A DNA stretch of 31,605 nt from an uncultured bacterium. GTDB taxonomy: Bacteria; Auribacterota; Erginobacteria; Erginobacterales; Erginobacteraceae. The stretch lies in NCBI GenBank assembly GCA_963822585.1, contig CAWGIE010000013.1, positions 1-31,605 of the forward strand, read 5' to 3'. Both the position numbers and the translations under genes were made by a program. This document shows, one piece after another, positions 21,078 to 30,430 of the stretch; positions within the stretch are counted from its first letter, which is position 1; each line of letters opens with the position of its first letter. The notes beneath the pieces were generated by a model. The model had not been told where the DNA came from. It worked only from the letters and a program-made list of their open reading frames with translations, and made no database searches.

Positions 21078-21731
21078 ATGATCACACTCTTACCAAAATC
21101 GCGAAGGGGCTGGATCCGCTGCAGTGTGGTCGGAGTGATATTTTTTGCCGTCTGCCTGTATCGTAACGTTCCCTCTCTTTGGCAGCTGTGCGTTTATCAT
21201 CCGCACGACGGAGATATCGTTCTGCAGTCTTTGCCGCACGGCGAACTTGTCGATGCGATTGAGGGAGTAACTCATTCGCCCTGGTCCCACTGCGGGGTGG
21301 TGATCTCTGAGTATCATTGCTGGTGGGTGGTGGAATCCATCGGCAAAGTCCGAAAGACTCTTTTGCCGCTATGGATTATCCGAGGACGACATGGCGCGTT
21401 CGCGGCCTATCGACCGACGCGCTCCCTTCCATCACCGGATGGGACTTTACACAGGGCGCTCGATCATTATCTGGGGCGCCCTTATGACTATCATTACTCT
21501 CCGGGCGATCGGGAAATTTATTGCTCCGAGTTAGTCTATGATGCGTTCCGGGACGCCTTTGGCGTCAAACTCGGCGAGTGGCAACGCCTGGGCGACCTAA
21601 ATTGGAAACCCTACGAACGAATGATCCGGTGGACTGAGAACGGCGCTGTCCCGCTCGACCGTCGGATCATTACTCCGGTTGGACTTACCCGAAGCAATTT
21701 GGTCGCCCGGGTGTATCCGAAGGATCTGTGA
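21078..21731 (+). CDS. YiiX/YebB-like permuted papain-like (NlpC/P60) amidase
   Basis: N-terminal TM helix, GDIVLQS, SPWSHCGVV (His), LGRPYD and IYCSELVY (Cys), i.e. the permuted His-before-Cys order. Confidence 0.85.
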   Translation: MITLLPKSRRGWIRCSVVGVIFFAVCLYRNVPSLWQLCVYHPHDGDIVLQSLPHGELVDAIEGVTHSPWSHCGVVISEYHCWWVVESIGKVRKTLLPLWIIRGRHGAFAAYRPTRSLPSPDGTLHRALDHYLGRPYDYHYSPGDREIYCSELVYDAFRDAFGVKLGEWQRLGDLNWKPYERMIRWTENGAVPLDRRIITPVGLTRSNLVARVYPKDL

Positions 21732-21746
21732 GCAAGCCCCTTTAGC

Positions 21747-23947
21747 CTAACGAGTATGACGGGAACGTTGCCGGCGGGCGGGCGATCGGCGCGCGGGAGC
21801 TTCTTCGTGCACGATCGCGAAGTCGGCTTGTTGTTTAAAGATGTCGATCCTCGCGACGATCACGCGCAGGATGTCGCCGACGACCAGGACGCGTTTCGAT
21901 TGGCGCCCGAGCAAACGCCGGCGCGCGGCGTCGAAGACGTAAAAGTCGTCGCTCAAACTCGAGATGTGAATGAGCCCTGTGAGCAACACGTCCGGCAGCT
22001 CGATGAGCAAGCCGTAGTTGCGCACCTCGATCACGACCGCTCGAAAGACCTGCGGATTTTCCGCGCTCAATTGCGCCTGGAGAAACTCCAGCTTCTTCAT
22101 CTTCGCGGACTCGTTTTCTGCATCGGCTGCGACCCGCTCGGTCGTGGAGATGTGCTCGGCGACGGTTGCAAGTTCGCCCGCGCTGCGGCGCCCGCGCTGT
22201 TTCCCGCCGCGATCGGCGAGCGTGCGATGGACGACGAGGTCGGCGTAGCGGCGAATCGGACTGGTGAAGTGGGTGTAGTTGTTTTTCGCCAGCCCGTAGT
22301 GACCGAGCGGCTTCGTGTCGTAATGAGCACGCTTCAAGCTCTTGAGCAGGCCGATCTTGAGCGCCTGTTCTTCCGGTTTACCCCGAAAGGCCGCCAGCAA
22401 GCGCTGCAGTTCCCCGCGATTCGTTAGGTCGCCGGCCGCAAAGCCGTAGCTCAGGACAAGGTCGCGATATTCCGCGATCTTCTCCGGATCGGGATTCTCG
22501 TGGACGCGATAGATCGTTGGCACGAGCCGGTTCTTCAGATCCGCCGCGACCGCTTCGTTCGCCGCGAGCATGAATTCCTCGATCAGTTGATGAGACTCGT
22601 CGGTACTCGATTCGCTCGAGTCGCAGTGGGCGGCCCGTCTTCTTGTCGATCACCACTTTCACCTCGGGAAAATCGAGATCGAGCGAGCCATTCGCGAAAC
22701 GCCGCCGCCGCAGGATCGCAGCCAAATCCCAGGCCGTATGCAATCGCCGAGCAAGCTCATCGTTAGGCGGATTTTGCAGCAGGGCGAAAGCTTCTTTGTA
22801 AGTGAGGCGCCGCGCGCTTTTGATCAGGGTGCGGGCAAAACGCGCGCTCTTCGCTGCGCCATTTCTGGCGAAACGGATGAAGACGGAATGCGTCAGCCTA
22901 ACGACATGTGGGTTCAGGCTGCAGACGCCGTTGCTCAAACGCTCGGGCAACATCGGGATGACGCGATCGGCAAGGTAAACGCTGTTCCCGCGCTTGAGCG
23001 CCTCACGATCGAGCGCACTGCCCGGGGGTGACGTAAGCCGAGACATCGGCGATGTGGACGCCCAGTTCCCAATCGCCGCCAGGCAGCTTCTCGACGTGGA
23101 TGGCGTCGTCGAAATCGCGCGCGTCGTCGGGGTCGATGGTGACGATGAATTTGTCGCGTAAATCTTCGCGTTCGCCGTAGCCCTCGGGATCGACTTTCTC
23201 CGGAATCCGCTCCGCTTCCTCAAGCACCTTGTCGGGAAATTCCGTCGGCAAATGATGCTTCCGAACGATCGAAAGCATGTCGACGCCGGGATCGGAAGCG
23301 CGGCCGAGCAGCTCGACGATTTCGCCTTCGGGATTGACGTGGCGGGATTCCCACGGCTCCAGCCTAACGACAACTTTATCGCCGGGCGTGGGAGTGCGCG
23401 GCGCGTCGCGAAGCGCTCGCGGGCGCACGTAAACATTGTGCACGATGCGCGGATCGTCGGGGACGACGTAGGAAAAGTTTCGCGTCTCCTGCAGCGTCCC
23501 GACGATCGTGTCATGCGCTCGTTCGAGGATGCGAATGACGCGCCCTTCGGGACGAGTGCTTCCACCGCGGGCTCGCGCGTAGGCGGCGTCGCGCGTGATC
23601 CGAGCGACGACGCGATCGCCGTTCATGGCGGTGCCGGTGTTTTCGGCGGAGATGAAAATGTCGCCCTCGTCGCCGCTCTTTTCCCTAACGAGAAAAGCAA
23701 AACCGGCCTGATGGACGTGCAGCTTGCCGGTGACGAGATCGGCTTCGGCCGGGAGGACGTAGCGATTCTTGCGAATGCGGGCGATCTCACCGGCACGCTC
23801 GAGGTCGCGCAACGCCTGCTTGAGCGTGCCGCGGCTGTCGCTCTTCAGCCCGAGCGCGCGGGCCAATTCTTTCTTGTCGAGCGGGCGATATTTGGGCGCC
23901 CGCATGAGCGCGAGGAGCTTCTCTTTTAAGTCAGGCGACTTCTTCAT
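21747..23947 (-). CDS. rnr: Ribonuclease R; frameshifts near 23025 and 22600
   Basis: N-terminal HTH and cold-shock domains, TIDPDDARDFDDA, GVHIADVS, GNSVYLADRVIPMLPERLSNGVCSL, HFTSPIRRYADL, an S1 domain and a basic tail. Confidence 0.93.
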
Positions 23948-24024
23948 TCAGAAGCTGCGACCATCGAAGAAAAGAAAGCAATGGAAAGCGCGTTTTTGCA
24001 GGGTTTCGAATAATACCGCGCGTG

Positions 24025-24033
24025 TGATAGCTT
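24025..24033 (+). promoter_or_regulatory. Possible extended -10 element for a leaderless folP transcript
   Basis: TGnTAGCTT ends 7 nt before the ATG at 24041, and no Shine-Dalgarno sequence is visible. Confidence 0.35.
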
Positions 24034-24040
24034 TATCGCG

Positions 24041-24886
24041 ATGACTTCGGCCGCCTGGAAAGTTGCTGGAACTGTCATCGACCTAACGAACCGGGCGATG
24101 ATCATGGGTGTGCTCAATGTCACGCCGGATTCGTTTTCCGATGGCGGAGAATTTTTCGCAACCGAAGCGGCGACAGGCCATGGCATCGAGATGGCGCGCG
24201 CTGGCGCCGACATCATCGATATCGGTGGCGAATCGACCCGCCCAGGCGCGCGGCCGGTTTCGCCTAACGACGAATTGGAGCGCGTGTTGCCGGTGGTGGA
24301 ACAACTTGCCAAAGCGGTGCCCGTCCATCTTTCGATCGACACTTCAAAAGCGTCCGTCGCGCGCGCGGCGCTCGAGGCCGGAGCGGTGATCATTAACGAT
24401 GTAACCGGCGGGCGCGGCGATCCGGAAATGTTTGCTCTCGCGGCGGAAAAGCAGGCGGCAATCATCATCATGCACATGCAGGGAACACCGCAGACGATGC
24501 AGGTGAACCCAACTTACAAAGACGTCGTCGCGGAAGTCGCTGATTTTTTTCGACAGCAATACGACTGCGCGGTACGGTCGGGGATCGACCCGATGTCCAT
24601 CGCCTTTGATCCGGGAATCGGTTTTGGCAAAACGCCCGCTCACAATCTGGAATTGCTCGCTCATCTTCCGCGGCTGCGAGTGCATGATCGGCCGCTCGTG
24701 GTCGGCGTCTCGCGCAAATCGTTTCTCCGCAAGGTCGCCGGCAGCCCGGAGGCAAAAAGCGACGCCACCTTGGCGCTGACTTCGCTGCTGCGCGAACGCG
24801 GGGCACAGGTCTTGCGTGTCCACGATGTGGCGCCAAATGCCAGCGCTCTCCGTGTAACTGAAGCTCTTCTCGCCGCCGCCCGATGA
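24041..24886 (+). CDS. folP: Dihydropteroate synthase
   Basis: MGVLNVTPDSFSDGG, IDIGGESTRPGA, SIDT, MHMQGTP, DPGIGFGK, GVSRKSF and RVHDV. Confidence 0.96.
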   Translation: MTSAAWKVAGTVIDLTNRAMIMGVLNVTPDSFSDGGEFFATEAATGHGIEMARAGADIIDIGGESTRPGARPVSPNDELERVLPVVEQLAKAVPVHLSIDTSKASVARAALEAGAVIINDVTGGRGDPEMFALAAEKQAAIIIMHMQGTPQTMQVNPTYKDVVAEVADFFRQQYDCAVRSGIDPMSIAFDPGIGFGKTPAHNLELLAHLPRLRVHDRPLVVGVSRKSFLRKVAGSPEAKSDATLALTSLLRERGAQVLRVHDVAPNASALRVTEALLAAAR

Positions 24887-25757
24887 TTCACCAGATAATC
24901 GAGATCTTTTTCGACAAATGGCGGAGCGCCTTCGAGATCGTGCTCCTGAGCGTGGTGATTTACTACGGCTACCTCTACTTTCGCGGGACGCGCGGAGCGA
25001 AGGTGTTGACCGGCTTGGCGATTGTTTTTCTCACGCTCACCCTCATCTCGCAGTTGCTGAATCTCGTCGTGATCAGCTTCATTATTCGCAGCTTCTCGGT
25101 TTTCATCGCGGTCGCCCTGGTGGTGATTTTTCAACCGGAACTGCGGCGTGGGCTCGCGGAACTGGGCGGGCATCCGATCTTTTCCCTCACGAGTGAGAAG
25201 CGGGAAACCGTGCACGATCTCGCCGAGGTGGTGACGCAGCTGGCGAACAAACAATTCGGCGCGTTGATCGCGATCGAGCGCGACACTTCGATCAAGGTTT
25301 ATGAAGAAACAGGCGTGATCGTGGATGCGGCGTTTTCGGCCGAACTGTTGCTGACGTTGTTTCATCCGAAATCGGCGTTGCACGATGGCGGCGTGATCGT
25401 GCGCAATGGGCGGATCGCCGCGGCGGCGTGCATTTTTCCGGTGAGCCAGCGGGAGACGCTCGATCGCAGTCTCGGGCTGCGGCATCGCGCCGGGCTCGGA
25501 TCACCGAGGAATCCGATGCCGTTGCCATCGTTGTCTCGGAAGAGACGGGCGGGATTTCGATCTGTTATCGGCGGCGGATCGAGCGGAATTTTACGCCGGA
25601 GACTTTCCGGCAACGGCTCGGCGAGGTTCTGCTCCATCGCAATTATGAAGAAGATGATCCTGAACAATTGGCGGGCGAAGCTGATCTCACTCCTGCTCGC
25701 GACCGCGCTCTGGTACCTCATCAAAAAGAACATCCAAACGACACCCTTGCCGTCTGA
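24883..25757 (+). CDS. cdaA: Membrane-bound diadenylate cyclase; frameshift near 25500
   Basis: Three TM helices, IFQPELRR, GALIAIER, LHDGGVI (DGA-like motif) and GLRHRA (RHR). The C-terminus ITEESDAVAIVVSEETGGIS is in the 25428..25757 frame. Confidence 0.9.
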
Positions 25758-25794
25758 GTACGACATGCGGCCGGTGCCGGAAGAGGTGCATTAG
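25645..25794 (+). CDS. 49-aa single-TM peptide resembling the N-terminal anchor of CdaR/YbbR
   Basis: MKKMILNNWRAKLISLLLATALWYLIKK resembles the CdaR N-terminal pattern N..K..S...A..LW and sits at the usual position after cdaA. Confidence 0.6.
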   Translation: MKKMILNNWRAKLISLLLATALWYLIKKNIQTTPLPSEYDMRPVPEEVH

Positions 25795-25823
25795 GCGACG
25801 GACGCGCTGTGACTCTGCCTGGG

Positions 25824-25919
25824 CTGTGGACGCTTCGCTCTGCGAAGCGCGAGCGGATGGTGGATGTCAGTTGTCGAGCAGGCGTTCCCCTCGCGCTTCG
25901 CAGAGCGAAGCATCCACAG
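25824..25919. repeat. REP doublet (REPIN-like): 30-bp inverted repeats, each with an internal hairpin
   Basis: CTGTGGACGCTTCGCTCTGCGAAGCGCGAG (25824-25853) and its inverted copy (25890-25919) differ at one base. GTGG precedes the hairpin CGCTTCGC-TCT-GCGAAGCG. Confidence 0.8.
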
Positions 25920-25924
25920 GGTCC

Positions 25925-26376
25925 CTAGCGCAAAAAGCGCGCGAGATTCTCGTCTTCCCAGCGGCGGGCGCGACGATAGCGCGGAAAGGCCCGCTCGCGC
26001 CGATAGAATTCTTCGGTGTGAATCCGGCGCCGACCGGAAGCATCGGTTTCTTCCGGGACAACGGAATGCAGCATCTCGTGATAGAGAACGTATTCGAGAA
26101 ACCAACGGGGGACGAAAGGCTGGTCGAGCAACGGATGAATCCGGATGATGCGATCTTCTTCCTGGATCGAGCCGAAAATGAAGTATTCCTTCGGCCTTTC
26201 GCGCCGGCGGCGACCCCAGACGACTCGTAGCCGCGAAGCTTTCCCCGAAAATGCCGCTCGTTCACGCGATCGAAAATGCGGCGAAGATCGAAATAGCGTC
26301 CTTCATGGCGCAGATTCAAATGCCCCTGCATCGGCAAAGTGGGCCGGGATAATTTTCGTTTCGCTTTTTTCGGCAT
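25925..26376 (-). CDS. SprT-like zinc metalloprotease-domain protein; frameshift near 26225
   Basis: FDLRRIFDRVNERHF N-terminus, then IRIHPLLD..FVPRWFLEYVLYHEMLH (HExxH) and a downstream HT.EF. Confidence 0.8.
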
Positions 26377-26580
26377 CGAGGCGTGTTCGGTTCGAAATCA
26401 GGCCTCCAAGTTTAAGACTCTTTGCTGGGCTGACAAGGATTCCTCTCCGCCGAATTCCGACATCCCAATGTAAGCCGTTGATGCATTGATTCTTATGTCT
26501 CACAAAATCCTTGACGACCTCCCCGGCTGGACTTCTCCCGCATTTTTGCCATCTTCCCCTCGGACGCGACGCTCCCGCTG

Positions 26581-27694
26581 ATGACTCCGTTTCTCCGAAA
26601 ACTGCTCGGCCTCAATTGGCTCCTGCTCGTTAATATGTTGGCGCTGGCCATCTTCGGCATCATCGCCATCTACAGCGCGACCTACATGCGGCAGGACCCA
26701 AACGTCGCCGAATACTGGCGCAAACAGGCAAACTGGGTCGCGCTCGGCTTTATCGCCTTCATTGTCGTCAGCTTGATCGATTATCGCTGGATCAAGTGGG
26801 GTGCGCTGCCGATGTACTTTGCCGGCCTCTTTTTTCTCATCCTGACGCTGTTTATCGGAACGAAAGTGTTCGGCGCACGCAGTTGGCTCCATCTCGGGCC
26901 GATCAATTTCCAGCCCGCGCAATTGGCGGTGATGGCGGGGATAATGGTGCTGTCGCTTTTTCTCAGCCAATTCCGGCAGATGCATCCAATGCTGCGGCTG
27001 ACGCTTTGCGGCGCAATCGTCGGAGCGCCATGTCTTTTGATTTTGATGCAGCGTGATCTTGGCGAGTGCATCATCTGGGGGCCGGTGGTGCTCGCGCTGC
27101 TTTACGTCGGCGGGCTGCCGCTGCGTTATCTCACCTGCATCGTGCTGCTCGTGATCGCGGCCCTCCCCCTCGCCTATCTCGAGCTGAAGCCTTATCAGCA
27201 GGATCGCATCACCGCGTTCATCAATCCCGACATCGACCGACAAGGCTCGGCTTGGGCGATTAACCAATCGCTCATCGCGATCGGGTCGGGGGCTGGTCGG
27301 GCAAGGGCTTCAAGGCGCCGAATACCCAGATTGAGCTCGGCTTCCTGCCCGCGACGGCAGTGCATAACGACTACATCTTTTCCGCGATCGGCGAGCAATG
27401 GGGTTTCATGGGCGGGCTTGTGCTCCTGAGCGCGTTTGCCCTTTTGTTAATCACCTGCCTCTTCGTCGCCTTCACCGCCGGCGATCTCTTCGGGACCTGC
27501 TCGTGATCGGAATCACCGCGTTGATCTTTACGCACATTTTTCAAAATATTGGGATGACGATCTCGATTTTGCCGATCACCGGCGTCCCATTGCCGCTCAT
27601 CAGCTACAGCGGTTCGTTTGCGTTAATGATCATGTTCGGACTCGGGATCGTGAATAGCGTCTGGGTGCATCGCAAAGTGCCGGTGCGCGGCTAG
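26581..27694 (+). CDS. rodA: Rod shape-determining SEDS protein RodA; frameshifts near 27295 and 27490
   Basis: Multi-TM protein with GARSWL.LG..NFQP, QSLIAIGSG, HNDYIFSAIGE and NIGMTISILPITGVPLPLISYSGS. Confidence 0.88.
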
Positions 27695-27741
27695 CCTTCG
27701 CCGTTTACAAATCGGCCGAGTCGTCCATATTCCCCGTCCCG

Positions 27742-28266
27742 ATGACCATCCTGATCAATTCTTTGCTCGTGTTTGAGGCGATCGTCGCTCTCCTCATGAT
27801 GCTCGTCATCCTGATGCAGCGTCCGAAGAGCGAAGGGCTCGGAGCGGCTTTCGGCGGCGGGGTCACGGAAAATATTTTTGGGGCGCAGACAACGAACGTC
27901 CTGACCAAGGCGACCACCTGGCTGGCGAGCATTTTCTTCATCGTCATCCTCGTGCTCTCGATGCTCTACGCGCATCGGAGCACCACGAACTCCGCCGTCC
28001 GTCAGGAGTTGATGAAAACTTCCGCCGCCAAGACTACGACGAGCCCGGCCCCGGCCGCCTCCACGAAACCGCTCTCGCCGAAAGCAGCCGCCCAAGGCGC
28101 CGCTGCCGATGCCAAGGCGCAGCTGAATCCGCTCCCCGCAGGCTCGGTTGCTCCCGGAGATGTGACCTCTTCTCCTTCCGCCGCGGATGCGGCTGTCGGA
28201 GTCGTCCCCGCTGGGGCCGGGCCGGTCGCGCCCTCAGCGAGCGCAGCGCCTTCCGCCACGCCTTAG
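27742..28266 (+). CDS. secG: Preprotein translocase subunit SecG with a long Ala/Pro-rich tail
   Basis: TM1-ILMQRPKSEGLGAAFGGG...IFGAQTTNVLTKAT-TM2. Confidence 0.92.
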   Translation: MTILINSLLVFEAIVALLMMLVILMQRPKSEGLGAAFGGGVTENIFGAQTTNVLTKATTWLASIFFIVILVLSMLYAHRSTTNSAVRQELMKTSAAKTTTSPAPAASTKPLSPKAAAQGAAADAKAQLNPLPAGSVAPGDVTSSPSAADAAVGVVPAGAGPVAPSASAAPSATP

Positions 28267-28303
28267 GCTTTCATTTGGCCTAACGAACGCGAGCGGGCGC
28301 ATC

Positions 28304-28683
28304 TCATTCGACCTTGGAAAGGTTGAAGTTCGGATTCTCGATCAAGCCGATGAGGTTGCCGAAGGGGTCGGCGGAATCCACGACCTTGATTCCTCCGCCG
28401 ACTTCCTGAATCTCGCCCTTGATCGTGACGCCCCAGTCTCGAAGCCGTCTTACTTCTTCGGCGATATCGTCCACACCCCAGAGAGCTTTCGCGCCGGCCT
28501 CGCCCGCCGGAAGGTCTGGCACCAAACCGAGCTCGAATCCGCCGACCTCGAAGCCAACATAGAAAGGCTCGTCGAAGTAAGGCTTCCGTTGAAAGACCGA
28601 CTCATACCAAGCCTTGCCCGAGCGAGATCGGGAGCGGGATAAAGAGCGGTGCGAAGTCCTTTAATCACACGGGCGTTTTCCAC
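28304..28683 (-). CDS. VOC/glyoxalase family protein; frameshift near 28615
   Basis: IKGLRTALYPAPDL, PYFDEPFYVGFEVGGFELGL, WGVDDI and DPFGNLIGLIENP. Confidence 0.85.
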
Positions 28684-28804
28684 CTGACGATCCGCTGAGT
28701 CAATGATTGAACCGGGGCATTCATCGAGACGAGGCTCTTTGCGACGATCTCCAGCCTAACGAGCGTGCACCATTATGGCTTGCGCCGCATGATAACCTCC
28801 TCCC

Positions 28805-30427
28805 GTGGTCGGCTCTCTTTCTCGAAGCCGAGCGCGCACGCGCCTCGGAGCGATCTGCGTCTGCGGATTGGCTCTGGTAAATTGCTGCTGCAGCCCGCGC
28901 GACCAGTCGCCGGTCGCACAAGGCGATCGCGCGCAGATTTTTTATACAAGCGTGGGACCGGAACCGGCCGATCTCGATCCGCAACGGACAAGCGGATTGC
29001 TGGAGGCCGATATTCTGCGCGCGCTCGGCGAAGGGTTGGTGAATCTCGATTCGCGTGATCTGCGTCCAGTGCCCGGCGCGGCGGAAAGCTGGACGATTTC
29101 GCCCGACGGGTTGGTTTACACTTTTCATCTTCGGCGCGGTTTGCGGTGGAGCGACGGCACGCCACTGACGGCTGCGGATTTCGTGGCCGGCGTGCGGCGT
29201 GAACTATCCCCAGAGATAGGATCGGCGCTCGCCTCTTCCCTTTGGCCTATTCGTAATGCCGAAGCGTTTAGCAAGGAACGTTTGTCCGATTTTTCCCAGG
29301 TCGGCGTCAGCGCGCCCGACACGGAAACCATCGAATTTACTCTCGATCGGCCGACCGCTTATTTCCTCTCACTCACTGCACAACGCATGTTTTATCCCGA
29401 CCGTGCCGACGGCGGGAAATCGTGGCCGAAGGTCGGGCAACGGACCTTTTGCGATTGAGCAATGGAAACCGCAGCGCGAGATCGTGGCTCGGGCCCAATC
29501 CTTATCTACTGGAATGCTGCGGCGGTGCGGCTGCGGGAAATCCACTTTGTGGTGATGGAGGATGTGGAGACGGAGGAGCGCGCATTTCGCACCGGGCTGC
29601 TGCACAAAACGGCCCGCATGCCGCCAGAGAAGATCGAGGTTTACCGGCGCGAACATCCCGAGGAACTGCGGATCGATCCCGCGCTCGGCACCTATTATTA
29701 TCTTCTCAACATCAACCGTCCGCCGCTCAACGACGTCCGCGTTCGGCGAGCGTTTGGCATGACGATCGACCGCACCGCGATTGTTGAGCACGTCACGCAT
29801 GGCGGCCAGCGACCGGCGGAATCCTTTACGCCGCCGGGGACCGGGGGTTACACGCCCCGCGCCGCCATTCCGTACGATCCGGGAAAGGCAAGAGAGCTTC
29901 TCAGCCAAGCGGGTTATCCCGGCGGGCGCGGCTTTCCCGAAGTGGATTTGCTTTTCAACACCAACGAAAGCCATCGACTCATCGCCGAGGCGGTGCAGGC
30001 GATGTGGAAACGCGAGCTCGGAATCGAGGTCCATCTCGTCAACCAGGAATGGAAGGTCTTTCTCGATCGCATATCGACTGGTGATTTCCAGAATCGCGCG
30101 CGCCAGTTGGATCGCGCGGCTATTTTGATCCGAACGCGTTCCTGGAAAATTTCGTCACTGGCGGGGCGAACAACCACAGCGGATTTGCCGATCCCGCGCT
30201 ACGACTCCCTCCTTACGCAAGCCGGGAGGACGGCTGTGCCTGCGGCGCGGTTGGAGTTATTCCAGGAAGCCGAGGCGCGCTTGTTAGCGGCGGCGCCACT
30301 TCTGCCAGTTTACTATTACACCCACCCGTATCTGATGCGGACGAGCGTGCATGGGTGGGAGCCGAACGCGCTCGATTATCATCTCTATCAAAACATCTGG
30401 CTGGAAAAAACCCGCGAGACGCGCTGA
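28805..30427 (+). CDS. Peptide ABC transporter substrate-binding protein (OppA family); frameshifts near 29400-29510 and 30090-30195
   Basis: EP.DLDP, PGAAESWTISPDGLVYTFHLR...WSDG.PLTA.DF, NGPF, PPLNDVRVRRA and AGYPGGRGFP. Signal/lipoprotein-like N-terminus; the start is uncertain. Confidence 0.88.
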
Positions 30428-30430
30428 AGG

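Noticed and set aside
24883..25794. Apparent CdaA-CdaR fusion (303 aa)
   Set aside because: The conserved DAC C-terminus (TEESDA..VVSEETG) lies in another frame, so the fusion results from an indel near 25500.
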